A stretch of DNA of 63,224 nucleotides, counting the filler, from Lenisia limosa (lineage: Eukaryota; Protista; Breviatea): assembly GCA_001655205.1 (NCBI GenBank). It is 12 parts of 12 records of this genome, joined end to end, with 100 filler letters (N's around TTAATTAATTAA, not from the genome) between each part and the next. Parts side by side here need not be neighbours in the genome. Positions count along the whole stretch, not along the records: positions 9,124 to 14,074 come from LPNZ01007248.1; positions 14,175 to 15,569 come from LPNZ01008437.1; positions 15,670 to 20,964 come from LPNZ01011475.1; positions 21,065 to 24,633 come from LPNZ01003663.1; 8 more parts are not named here. One strand, given 5' to 3'. The number at the start of each line of letters is the position of its first letter. Within the stretch, counting starts at the first letter, position 1. The notes beneath the pieces are model-generated. The model ran no database searches and was not told where the DNA came from. It was given only the letters and a program-made list of their open reading frames with translations. Shown piece after piece: positions 11,914-24,200 of the stretch. Both the position numbers and the translations under genes were made by a program.

Positions 11914-14074
11914 CTAAAAGTTATCCCCTTCGTGGCGTACCCAGCCAACCTGGTGACTTTTGATGTCCTTCTTGAGGCCTTTGATCATTGCTTTTGGGCC
12001 ACATGCAACAACAGCAACCTTGACGGTCAAGGATGAAAAAGCAAGTTCAACACAAGTGTGATGGGAAAAAGCCTGGGCGACATATTGTAATGAGAATACC
12101 ATTTCACAGTCAGACTGCCAGATATTTTTTTAAAAAATAGGAACATTGTTCCAACATATGGTGGAAGTAACCCAAAAAGGGGGCGATAGAATTAACTAAA
12201 CTTGAACAGCCAAAATTGTATTCTCTCTAATTTGGACATATTCAATTAATCTTTGTTCCCAGAGAAAGAGTTTTCCTATCCGCAACCACCGACTTCAGAA
12301 TGAGGGCACTGCTCAGCAAGCTGCTTGAGATAGAACTTCCAATCTGGCCTGTCGTTCATGGGGTCTACTGGGGTAAATTGGAGAGTGAACGTAATATTGA
12401 AACCAAATACCGAAAAAAATATAGACACAAATTCGTCCGTACTAATATCTGCAAATATCATTGTTTTAATAGAAAAAGATACGTCACGTAACCACACCAT
12501 GATGTTTGGTATACACTGCTTATGGTATCCTACTGTATTGAATCGCTAGACATTAGTGATATCATTCTCATGATCTCAAGAGCCCTCATACCTCCTGCAA
12601 GAGTGTTGGGGTTTGTGTTGTGGAGGTAAATCGAAGTGGTTCCTGCCTGAAAGTGCAGATTATACAAATCATCTATAAGGCAAAGATTGTCATGTACATA
12701 TCAACTGTTTTATTATCTCATCCCGTTCAAAAACTCCCTTAAATATCTCCAGGTTTTATCTCCCCTATCTGAGTACAACTTAACATTCCCTTCGTTAAAT
12801 ACACCAGAACCAAGCCAGAACCTACTTCCGCGGTCTGGGTGGTGCGAACTAGTTCCATAAGGTTTTCAGAATTTCCAACTCCTTGCTCCACAGATTCTGA
12901 ACAATTGTGAAATCCAAAGCTCTAAACAGAGAATATGCGATATTTATGGCTAAAAAGCATTTCTAGCACAAAAAGATGGATGGTCGGAAAATCTTGGATG
13001 CTCCATATCACATCACTGAATCGCTTTTGGCAAACCTTCACTTGGAAGAAGCTGTGATTTAAAGATTTCTTGAGATCGAGAGGACCAAATTAAATAAACC
13101 TAAGACATTAAAAGTAAAGCTAAAACGTGAAGGAATCAATATAAAAAATAAAGGCAAATTCACTACATTACTTAGAAAGAACATCACAAGTCTGAGCAGG
13201 TCAACTCAACCCATTTCCAGCCTACAATGGGATTGTGATGTGCAAATGTCTGGTGGGGATGGCGAAGTGCTTTGAAAATCGAAATCACGGGGGTGACCCC
13301 TTGACGGGTCAAGGTTTGTCTTTGGTATTTTGAAGTATAATTAATATTATATCGATATACTCTAAGATGATAATTGTGTGGTAGTATATTGTATTACAGA
13401 AAGAGCAGACACCACCTTACCGACGCCACCAGCTGCGAGTAAAATCAGCTTCTTGTTTTGGATGTTGTCACCGAGGGTACCATAAGGGCCAGAAATAGTC
13501 ACCTAGGAAGTAAATGCCAAATTCTACTACATAATAATTGAAGATGACTCTTTTATTCAACCTGCTACCTCAGCTTCGCGCTGCCTGACCGCCAGGGCTC
13601 GGAGTGCTGTGGACCATGGGCCTAGCGTGGCCACATGGAAAGTGGTCTTCTCAAGCGGGTTGGATGAGAAGCTGGAGGTGGGGGGTACAATTGGAAAATT
13701 TATGAAACATTAACTCATAATCAACTCTGTTGGCTAAGAACTTTGAAAACACACAAGGGATAAAAACAACAAAACTAGCAAAGGGGTGGGGGGAGGGNNN
13801 NNNNNNNNNNNNNNNNNNNNNNNNNNNNNNNNNNNNNNNNNNNNNNNNNNNNNNNNNNNNNNNNNNNNNNNNNNNNNNNNNNNNNNNNNNNNNNNAGCAT
13901 TCTAGCGCTTGAGTAAAAAGGTTGATGACACAACATTTCAACAACTGTCCATTCTCCCCATGTGTCCTCAGAATTATATTTTGAAACCCTTGATTTTATC
14001 CCTGTATTTCTACTACACAACCCCGGGTACCTAAGAGGGTGCCAGCGCGATGTTCCCAGACCCTCCACCCGGAT
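11914..14074 (-). CDS. NADPH oxidase / ferric reductase family, C-terminal FAD/NADPH-binding part
   Basis: Spliced WHPLSFSSNP, FHVATLGPWSTAL, ISGPYG, LILLAAGGVGVTPVISIF, RPDWKFYLKQLAEQ, VAVVACGPKAMIK, and terminal HEGDNF* (TAG at 11914-11916). The N-terminal TM domain is off-scaffold. Confidence 0.88.
13672..13797 (-). mobile_element. Family B intron element (NOX intron, ends at acceptor)
   Basis: Minus strand ..AGCCAACAGAGTTGATTATG..TTTCATAAATTTTCCAATTGTACCCCCCACCTCCAG. Confidence 0.85.
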
Positions 14075-15105
14075 NNNNNNNNNNNNNNNNNNNNNNNNNN
14101 NNNNNNNNNNNNNNNNNNTTAATTAATTAANNNNNNNNNNNNNNNNNNNNNNNNNNNNNNNNNNNNNNNNNNNNAATGATTAAAGGGAGGGGGCCGTGAT
14201 AGTGATTAAATTTTTGAATATTTTGAGTTGAAGTTTTGCTAAATGTGAATGTTGACTTGGAGTTGTGTTTGTTTCACCATTTCAGGTGTGGCAGTGTGAG
14301 GAAGCACCAGAAGATAGCAAGGTCAGAATGGGGTCACCTGGGCTGCTTCTCTGTTGTCTGAATGGCCACATTTCATAATACTATACATATCATGTCATAT
14401 CTATCACGCATTCTTTTTTTCTCTTATAAGCGTGTAGCCTCATTGCTTGGATCAGAAATTACATAAATGTGGCTGCCCCCCTCCCCCCATCGTATTTGCT
14501 TTCCAGGCACTATAATTAGAATTGCACCTTTTTTGAAAGCATAAAAAAATATAGTACTATACATAAAATACATCGAGGGGAAAATAAATATGTCGGGATA
14601 CCATCAAAAAATCACCAGACTTCCGCTCCGCCACGCAGCAGAATGGATTCAGATTTTATCACTTTTCAGGTTTTCAAGATTAACGACGGCATGATTGAGC
14701 ACAAGGCTACTGGATACGTGTTTACTGTAAATGTAGGGTGCGTATCACTTCATACTGTTCACCTTTTAGGTTTGTCTTTTTTGAACCCATTCTTTCAAAT
14801 TCTTACAATAGATATTGTGAACTATCTTTTATGCTCCATGCGAAACGGATTCGGTCTTTGAAGAGCAAGAAAACACTTAAAATCTGAGTAAAGAATACAT
14901 AGGGATACCATCAACATGAATACCCCCCCCCCCCNNNNNNNNNNNNNNNNNNNNNNNNNNNNNNNNNNNNNNNNNNNNNNNNNNNNNNNNNNNNNNNNNN
15001 NNNNNNNNNNNNNNNNNNNNNNNNNNNNNNNNNNNNNGCCTCTCATGTCAGCAGATTTTTGACAGCGACAAATACGCTGTTGGCATTGAGCCAAAGAAGT
15101 CAGCC

Positions 15106-15363
15106 ATGGGCGACCTGCAGAAGTTCAGCTACAGCGACAGAACTATTGTTTGTGGGGCTGCTGTGGTCCTTTTGTCTGTACATAATACATACATATGCAT
15201 ATATATTATAATATATGCCTAACCTTGGAAGACTTGTGCCGACGGGTCGGTTCGCATGCAAAACTTCTACCACGGTGACAGAAAGGAGCCCGGGAGCCCC
15301 CTGATCATCGGCCACCGCGGGACCACTTTCGAGGCGCCTGAGAACACCATGCCGGCTTTTGAG
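15106..15363 (+). CDS. Glycerophosphodiester phosphodiesterase (5' exons only)
   Basis: PGSPLIIGHRGTTFEAPENTMPAFE is the canonical GDPD HRG...PENT motif; ATG at 15106 with a short hydrophobic N-terminus. Confidence 0.85.
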
Positions 15364-15669
15364 GTGGGGGGGTAAGGTGTTGTGTGTGGTTTTTGAATGT
15401 ATTATGGATATTTGAGAAAGCAATGTACTATAATATACTATATAGCTATGTCGTTTTACTTGAATAGAAAATGCCTTGTTCGCGATAATGTGTTATTTGA
15501 TTGCTCAAATTTTATGGTTCTTATCAAGTTGCGGATTTTCTTTTCTTTATAATCACATTTGGAGTTTTANNNNNNNNNNNNNNNNNNNNNNNNNNNNNNN
15601 NNNNNNNNNNNNNTTAATTAATTAANNNNNNNNNNNNNNNNNNNNNNNNNNNNNNNNNNNNNNNNNNNN

Positions 15670-15730
15670 CTCTCGGCTGACAACACACGAAAACAAAGCC
15701 CAGGCAAGTTGCTTCGGCAGCACCTCACTC
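15670..15730 (-). mobile_element. Family B intron element 5' part (probably NDUFV1 intron, cut by scaffold end)
   Basis: Minus strand GTGAGGTGCTGCCGAAGCAACTTGCCTGGGCTTTG..GTGTGTTGTCAGCC. Confidence 0.75.
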
Positions 15731-16150
15731 CACCACTAGTAAAATTGAAAGGTGAAGATGGAATTTTGAAACAAAACCAAAACAATAATGCCCGGAGTCT
15801 GAAGAGGTTTCAAATACGGTAACGGCAAATCATCCCCCCTCCATTAATACTATATTCAAGTTCACTCTCATCACAGAAAAACTTTGATAAAAATATTCCT
15901 ATAAGAAAACCCCGAGTTTTTTTCCCTGGGAGTGGTTTTCTGTTAGCAAACTCGTGTTTTCCTTTCAGAAAACTCCTTGTAACAAAAGGAAGACAACCAC
16001 AAGCAAAAAAAACGAGGGAGAATTCGATTGGAAAACACTTGAGTCGGGATTTTCCCACTTTATACAGTTAATTTTCTGGAAAAAGTTTTCTCCAGTTTAC
16101 CCACAGAAAAACAACTTTAACATTAATATTCCAGTTTACTCCCTCCCCAC

Positions 16151-19036
16151 AGAGCAACCTCTGCCGCCTCCTTCATGAGCATGGGGGTGGAGGATCCGCC
16201 AGGGATGACGCATTGCAGGTTGTCCCAGCCGCCTGTGGGGAGTTAGAGAAGTGAGAAGGGGAAGAGGGAGTGAAATTTGAAAATATATGAAACAAAACAA
16301 AACAAAAAAAGCCCAAATCAACTCTGACATGAAAGTAAGATTCAAGATGCACCTACCAATAACACCTAATCACCCCCCCCCCCCNNNNNNNNNNNNNNNN
16401 NNNNNNNNNNNNNNNNNNNNNNNNNNNNNNNNNNNNNNNNNNNNNNNNNNNNNNNNNNTACAATAATATTATTCACCCAAACATTTGTCTTACAACTCTG
16501 TAGCATACCAATTACGCCACCAGCATGCTTCTCAATCAGGTCCTTAAGAGGAATGGACATTTCCTCCTCCACTGTGCAAGGGGTGTTGACGCTTCCGCTG
16601 ATACAGAAGAGCTAATGACGTAAGAGGCCTNNNNNNNNNNNNNNNNNNNNNNNNNNNNNNNNNNNNNNNNNNNNNNNNNNNNNNNNNNNNNNNNNNNNNN
16701 NNNNNNNNNNNNNNNNNNNNNNNNNNNNNNNNNNNNNNNNNNNNNNNNNCTGAGATGGGGAATCACAAACGTTAATGAATTCCCACTCCGTTCATTGGCA
16801 TTCGATTTTCCCACCTTAGTTCCATGGTTGTTTTCGCGTCCCAAAGATTTGTACCACTCTCCTCCACTATAATGTTAGAGTGAAACCTAAAATTTAAGAA
16901 AAACAAAAAAACGTAAAAATAATTAACATTTTGAGATTAGGGTTTCACTTCGGTTCCAAAAGGCTAAATTTCTTGATTAATCCTCGAAATATCGATATTT
17001 ATCTAGTCTTTTTTGAACCGAAGTGAAGTCCTAGGGGCAAAACCGTATACAATGCATATCCCCCCGGACCGTCTCATGATGGTGGGCATGGAGGCGACGG
17101 TTTCGACGTTAGATACCGAAGTGGGGCAGCCGTAGAGGCCGGCCTGGGCTGCGGGGGTTAAAATTGAAAAATTCATGAAACAAAAGAAAAAAATCAACTC
17201 TGTTGGCTGGTCACTGTACATATAGGTAGGTTGTCTAAGAATTTTCAAAATTTCATCTATTTATTTCACAAAACACAATTAAAGCTTTGTTTGTCTTTAT
17301 TTTTTAAAAAAGGACCCCCCCCCCCTTTTTTTTTCTTTTCTGAGTATTCATACCTGGGAAGGGAGGCTTGATACGGGGCTTTCCGGGGAGTCCTTCTACA
17401 CAGGGATAAAATACGATACAGAGCGGAGAAAATCAGACGTGTCGTGACAATCCGCTAAACAGTACTTGAACACATTAAGAAAACAACGGAAACTACAGTG
17501 ACCGGGATAAGTCTTGACCTATTTTCTTTGGGAAATCACATAGCAAATCGGTCAAGACTTGAATATATTATGATCACCCCCCAACCAATGGAGTTAATCA
17601 AGGCGGTCTCTTCGCCGCAGACGTAGGCGCCAGCGCCACGGTGCACGTATACGTCGAAGGGCTTCTCCTCGCCCAGCGCGTTGGCACCAAGGAATCCGGC
17701 TGCAGGGTGAAAAATATGGATCAAGATGATCGAAAGGGATTTTTCTGTTTAATAGCCCAACTTCATAACCCCAATCACCCTCTCACACCATCGTAAGCCT
17801 CATCACCCCCTCATACCATCGTAAGCCTCATCAATAGCACGCTGGAGGCAGGAGTGTTCCTCGGAAAACTCTCCACGGACGTAGATGTATGCGGCCCGGG
17901 CGTTGATGGCTGTACCGGCAATGACGGCACCCTCGACAAGCTTATGGGGGTCGCCACGGATGATCTCGCGATCTTTGCAGGTTCCAGGCTCGCCCTCGTC
18001 AGCGTTGATTACGAGGAAGCTGGGGCTGCAGGGCGGTTAAAATTGTTAATTTTGGAGCAATTCTAATAATTAAACAAAAAAGATAATTGGCTAGACGAGG
18101 GTATAACTATCAAAAACAAAGCCCAGACTAGTCGCTTCTGTAGCACCGAATCCGATCGGGAAGGAGGGGATAAATATGGATTGATCCAAATAGAACAAAG
18201 AATACCATAATCAATAACGTATAGCAATGTAACATGGGGTAATTGGTGAATTACAGAATAATTAATATCTTTTGCAACAGCCACCAGGCTTTCTCGTTTC
18301 TTTCAACAGACCAACATACACTGAGTGAGTCCTTATCTTAAGTCCTTCACCCCCCCCCCCACTCATATCCATCATGTCGTGATAAAGAAAAACAAGCCTG
18401 GTTATGCCACAACACTATTTTTTGGAAATAATATCTGTATAACTGCCATCGGAGTATATTCACAAAAGAGAGCCGTCAACCAACCGTCCGTCTGGGTTGC
18501 TTTTGGGCATGAAAGAGTACTTCATTCCAGCGGAGAAGCCGGCTCCTCCACGTCCGCGAAGCCCCTAAAGAGTAACATAAAATTGATGAATTGAAGCGTA
18601 ATAGCCAGCAGGAAGGGTCTGGAAGACGCTTTGAAGACGCAGGATTCAATAAAAACTCACAGAAATCTTCAATTGGTCGATAAGCCAGTCAGAACCCTTA
18701 GCAATGATGTCATTGGTGCGATACCAGTCTCCCTAGTGCGTTAGGAGAGGGCAAAACTTTTTAGGGGAAAGTGATCCTTAATGTCGCGACCAAAAATCCC
18801 GAAGCCTACTCTCTCCATAGCCCCATTGATGCCAGTATCATGTTCCTGGTAGAGGTTTGTGAAGATGCGATCACTATCCTTCAGACCACCATGTCCAAGC
18901 ACTGAAGAGGCTGAAAAAAGCCTAGAAATGGCTCTTCCTAGATATAATAAGCTCAAAGTTGAAAAAGTCGAAACATACCAGAAAAAACAGGAAGACTTTT
19001 GGCATACAGCTGCCCAATACGACAACTACCTAACAT
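16151..19036 (-). CDS. NDUFV1: NADH dehydrogenase 51-kDa flavoprotein subunit (NuoF) with N-terminal presequence; 3' end off-scaffold
   Basis: Exons [104 protein letters not shown] and [15 protein letters not shown]. Start reads [28 protein letters not shown]. Confidence 0.96.
16233..16330 (-). mobile_element. Family B intron element (NDUFV1 intron)
   Basis: Minus strand CAGAGTTGATTTGGGCTTTT..TTTCATATATTTTCAAATTTCACTCCC..CCCCCACAG. Confidence 0.8.
16938..17033. mobile_element. Family A MITE-like element (NDUFV1 intron)
   Basis: Terminal inverted repeats TAGGGTTTCACTTCGGTTC / GAACCGAAGTGAAGTCCTA. Confidence 0.85.
17149..17212 (-). mobile_element. Family B intron element (NDUFV1 intron, ends at acceptor)
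   Basis: Minus strand CAGCCAACAGAGTTGATTTTT..TTTCATGAATTTTTCAATTTTAACCCCCGCAG. Confidence 0.85.
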
Positions 19037-19221
19037 ACTAGATGACTAGAGCGTTAAAATGTGAGTTTTTTCGAATTTCAATTCCCCTAAATACTTAGAT
19101 CACTTAGATCGTATTTGAATTTTTTTTTTTCCAAAAATCTTCCAAAACCTGTCATTAATAAAAAAGGACTAATATAAAGCAGTTTTAGAGTTTTGGAGGC
19201 CACCCGGCCAGACCACTCAAA
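19037..19221. promoter_or_regulatory. Candidate bidirectional promoter (NDUFV1 / SCAR-WAVE)
   Basis: 185-nt AT-rich spacer between divergent start codons at 19036 (-) and 19222 (+). Confidence 0.5.
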
Positions 19222-20900
19222 ATGCCTATCTATCGAAGAGTTATTGAACCGGCGTCGACGTACAATGAGTTGACTGCCGAAGAAATCGAAAAAGGGAAAC
19301 CAGGATTCATTGCCAGCGCTGCTACCCATGCATGTAGGTTTTTTGTTCACCAAATTCAAAGTTCCGTGATAGAGCTGATATTTTAGCCATGGTTGGTGTT
19401 ATTCTTCAACTGAGAGACCTTTCGAAGTTCGCCAGCGAAGTTTTTGACGATCTTTTCAAAGAGTCCTCTACTTCTCTCCATGACTTGCAAGATCTCTGCA
19501 CTAGATTGAAGGACGTGGAGAAAGAGGTGAGGCTTGGCATTACTTCCGGACTTTCTTCTCATTATCCTTACCCTGCAGCTCCCTGCCCTGGAGAACAAGT
19601 TCAAAAACGCCAAGCCTTGGGGATTCTTCTCAAACAAACGTGAGCTGACTGCTTTCGCCTCTCCTCGATCTTTCCCTGTTTCTTTGTTTGCCCCTCAACT
19701 CAAGCCCCCAATATCAGTGCAGTTGGCTTCTTTTACACCTTTTCTTACACCAAAGTGGTTAATATTTTTCGGTTCCAACATTTCCTATCCCCTGCGGCGT
19801 GTCTTACCTAGTGTCTCAAATTTCAGAGATCTCTTCAACAAGATAGCTTCCACAGTCTAACGCTTTTTCCAGACGAAGAGTACCACACCAGACACCAGGA
19901 AGATCAGCAGCTTCTCCTTCCTGAATCAAGACCGTGTTCCATGGCCGCTGTCTTTGACACTTGTACTCCTCCTCCCGCACTCTCTCGACTGGTTGGCTTC
20001 ATGTCAATTCGATAAAATGGCCTCACTGTGTTCCTTAGAAAGATTGATTTTCTTGATAATTTTTCGATAAATATCGATGTTTTACCGGTCTTTTCCATCA
20101 TTGCCGCTGATGTGATCGAATGTGGGTTATTTTTTGTTGTTTTAATCTCAATATTTCGCCAGCAGAGTTCACNNNNNNNNNNNNNNNNNNNNNNNNNNNN
20201 NNNNNNNNNNNNNNNNNNNNNNNNNNNNNNNNNNNNNNNNNNNNNNNNNNNNNNNNNNNNNNNNNNNNNNNNNNNNNNNNNNNNNNNGACTGCCTCAATT
20301 CATTCACAAACCCCAAGTTCTTCTTCGAGGTTTGTTGTGTTGTTATGACTGACAACATTTAAAAGCCATATTCAAACTTTTTTTTTCAAGAAACCATAAT
20401 TTAGCCACTTTTGGAATGTGAAACTCCACATTTGTGATACTTTTGTGCAAAAAGAAGCCATGTTTATTGTTTATTCTTTTTATGCAGAAGTAATATCATT
20501 GTGGTTTGATTTGTATACAGAGATGAGCAGTAAAACAAGAGAAGAAGCATATTTTCACCGACTTAGGAATGGGTGAAAATGCAATCCGAACTCAGACGCA
20601 AGGCTCAGGAAGATGCCAAGTCCAGAAGAAATAAGCGCAGAAAGAAGAAGCAGCGTGACAAGGACAAGAAGGTCNNNNNNNNNNNNNNNNNNNNNNNNNN
20701 NNNNNNNNNNNNNNNNNNNNNNNNNNNNNNNNNNNNNNNNNNNNNNNNNNNNNNNNNNNNNNNNNNNNNNNNNNNNNNNNNNNNNNNNNNNNNNNNNNNN
20801 NNNNNNNNNNNNNNNNNNNCATGTCTTATTGCCTTATTAGGTTGCGGAAGTGTCTGTCAAGAAGTACTCCGAGCACGGAAAGGAGCTTGATGGAGCTGGT
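19222..20900 (+). CDS. SCAR/WAVE family actin nucleation-promoting factor (N-terminal WHD; partial)
   Basis: MPIYRRVIEP; ILQLRDLSKFASEVFDDL; QEDQQLLLPESRP...DTCTPPPALSRL; FTNPKFFFE; EWVKMQ followed by the basic RRNKRRKKK segment. All are WAVE-homology-domain motifs. Confidence 0.85.
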
Positions 20901-21064
20901 GTGGTATGCAGGGGTAGTCACTGTATAGGCTTCGGATAGCACCTTTTTTTTTAAGTATCTTCTTNNNNNNNNNNNNNNNNNNNNNNNNNNNNNNNNNNNN
21001 NNNNNNNNTTAATTAATTAANNNNNNNNNNNNNNNNNNNNNNNNNNNNNNNNNNNNNNNNNNNN

Positions 21065-21163
21065 GCCTGGGCTTTGTTTGCTTGTTTCTTCAACCCTCGT
21101 GTGTAGTCAGTTTCGGATTATTTTTTTTTTCATTGGTTTTCTCATTTTTCTCTCCCACCCCAG
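21065..21163 (+). mobile_element. Family B intron element (DCAF1-like gene)
   Basis: GCCTGGGCTTTGTTTGCTTG..CAACCCTCGTGTGTAGTCAG..CCCACCCCAG. Confidence 0.75.
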
Positions 21164-21203
21164 TCGTAAATACACATCATCATCGTATAATCCCCCAGAT
21201 TGT

Positions 21204-24200
21204 GAGGTCCGATCCGTGCAGGAGTGGACCAGGGATGAGGCAATGAGCAACGGGCTGATAACCCGTGACGGGACTGCTTTTGCCGCCTGTGAATCTGGTA
21301 GGTTATCCTCTAATCTGATCTATGATCGTTACCCCATACCAATCCTGTAGGAACATTGTATGACCCCCCCCCCCCCNNNNNNNNNNNNNNNNNNNNNNNN
21401 NNNNNNNNNNNNNNNNNNNNNNNNNNNNNNNNNNNNNNNNNNNNNNNNNNNNNNNNNNNNNNNNNNNNNNNNNNNNNNNNNNNNNNNNNNNNTTTGTGAA
21501 TTGGATCCAGTTTATGGAGGTAGGTATGTTAGTAATTGGCAATTGTTTTTTAAACCCTCGTGTGTTTCGCATAAACCGGAAGCTGCTGCTTTTGCCGCCT
21601 CACTACGGCACATCGACTTGGGATTCTTGTGAAAACGTTGAAATTCCCATATTTTACGAAATCCGAAATTTTATGGGAATTCGAAGAAATTTATGGGATT
21701 CCCAAATAATAACAGGGAATCCCAAGTCGATGCGCCGTAGCGCTGTGCATCAGGTATACAACCCCTATGTTCTTTTGTCAGCTGATTTTGGGCTTCTTTT
21801 CGTTTCATAAATTTTCCAATTTCACTCTCCCCCGAATATCACCCCTAATATACCACCCCAGGAGCGGTGCTATACGATATCCCGTCGGGCTCCGAGCTTC
21901 AGCATTTCCCCCTCATTGGCGAGCCAGTTTGCGGAGGCGGAGTTGGAAATCGTTTTTTTGTTTTTTGTTGTTGTTTTTATAGGTAGGGATCCCTACGATC
22001 CGAAGACGGTAAGATATAAACATTTATCGAGGATTTATCGAGAAATTCAGTTTTTTGGGAAGAGTCAGGGATGTGGTTTTCAGCCGAGTTCATTTTGAGT
22101 GACATCTATTTACATTTGATACATTTTATTGTTCAAACAACATGATGGTCTTTTTTTGCCGCCCTCCCCTCCCTTCATATCCTGACTGTCTCAGGTTGAA
22201 GAGGTGTATACGGCCATCAACGATGCGTCTTCTTTAGTTTATTGCCATGGTTTGTGGATACAATACCCAGATACAACCTTGTTTTACTGCTCATCATATC
22301 CTATTTTTACAATAACCTCATTGTGATAATGTGGAATCACTCAAAAATAATGGTGCAAGCCGCACCTGGTTTTACCAACTAATTTAACAGGAACGTTGTA
22401 TGACGTTCGAGGCAGCAAGGTTCACGTTTTTGATAAGGTATTGAAGGACCGTTTATGATGGAATATCCCCCCCCCCCACGNNNNNNNNNNNNNNNNNNNN
22501 NNNNNNNNNNNNNNNNNNNNNNNNNNNNNNNNNNNNNNNNNNNNNNNNNNNNNNNNNNNNNNNNNNNNNNNNNNNNNNNNNNNNNNNNNNNNNNNNNNNN
22601 NNNNNNNNNNNNNNNNNNNNNNNNNNNNNNNNNNNNNNNNNNNNNNNNNNNNNNNNNNNNNNNNNNNNNNNNNNNNNNNNNNNNNNNNNNNNNNNNNNNN
22701 NNNNNNNNNNNNNNNNNNNNNNNNNNNNNNNNNNNNNNNNNNNNNNNNNNNNNNNNNNNNNNNNNNNNNTGATTATATACATACATGAAATATACATAAT
22801 ACACGCACATACAATATATTGTATAGTATGATAAGATATGTGATATAAGAGGGTGGGGGGAGGTTTTTTTACTATACTCTTATCAGTTTTGCCTTTGTAT
22901 TTGTTTGTTTTGTTGTTATCAAACCTCGTGTGTTATAGAGTTGATTTGGGTTTTTTTTATTTCATAAATTTTCCAATTTCACCCCCCCCCCCAGGTCTGG
23001 GATTTACGAAACCTTCGTTTGAGGAAAATTGTCAATGATTTAACCCGAAGAAATACTCTCTGCCACCCCTCTGGCACCATGCTTCTTTCTTGTGGGGAGG
23101 GAGGAGGGAGGTATATGAATAGTTTTTTTTATATTTTGTTTCGAATATACACTGACCGCGAAAAGTCCTGACGCGGTTATTGAGCTTTATTGTTGGCCAA
23201 TCATGTCAGGACTTATCGTGGCCACTACAAACTCATTTCTAACACCATTTTGAACCAGTTTCAATAGCATTACTGCAAACAAAGCAATCATTTCTAACTT
23301 TACAAACAATCCTCCTACATAACTACGCATAAACTTGTAGAGGTTTATTCCTGACCAGTTTGCTACTAACAATCTGTTTGACGTAGTTCAGCTCATTTCT
23401 AACATACAGACAACCCCCAAAGTGAACACACCAATTTGTTCCTGCAATCCGCCCTGGACTATAGTGGTTTGTGGAGGTTACCTTCGTTTTACGCTGGAGT
23501 GATGGGATGTGGTGCTGCAAGTTGATTTGGGTTTTTATATTTTTTGTTTCATAAATTTTCCACCCCCCCCCCCCAGTTNNNNNNNNNNNNNNNNNNNNNN
23601 NNNNNNNNNNNNNNNNNNNNNNNNNNNNNNNNNNNNNNNNNNNNNNNNNNNNNNNNNNNNNNNNNNNNNNNNNNNNNNTAGATCCATCCGGTTCCTATAT
23701 AACTTACCTCGAAGTGAGGGAGACGGTTTTTTGTGACTATGTAACTTAACTTGAGGGGGGGTGAGTTACTTTTTACTTACCATCAACATCATTCACATTA
23801 CTTGCATTAACACATCATTTACATTATCTACATTAACACAACAGTCTGTTGAGCGTGGAGCGTCACCAATCAACGTCATCAAAACCCTGGAATTCGGAAA
23901 CCCCTTCTTTGACGTGAGTGTAACCCCAGAAGTTATTGTATCATATATTACTATCATACTCAGAAAGCTGTTCCACAGAGTTGTAAGGCAAATGATTGGG
24001 TGAATATCTCTTATATATAAGCGTGATGGTGCAGACGGTTTCGGCCAGGTACAAACTAAACTCATTTTTTAGTACCCGTCTCTAATGTCATACTCTGATA
24101 ACTAGGGCTTCACTTCGGTTCGAAAAAGACCGATACAATATCGCGAGGATTTATAGAGAAATTCAGTCTTTTTTTGAACTCAAGTGAAGCCTCACATAAC

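Noticed and set aside
15715-15740. 7-nt microexon (TAG|TGGTGGA|GTGAG) in NDUFV1
   Set aside because: It does not encode the expected L-M-D-F continuation after EVA(L); more likely the junction of two family B units.
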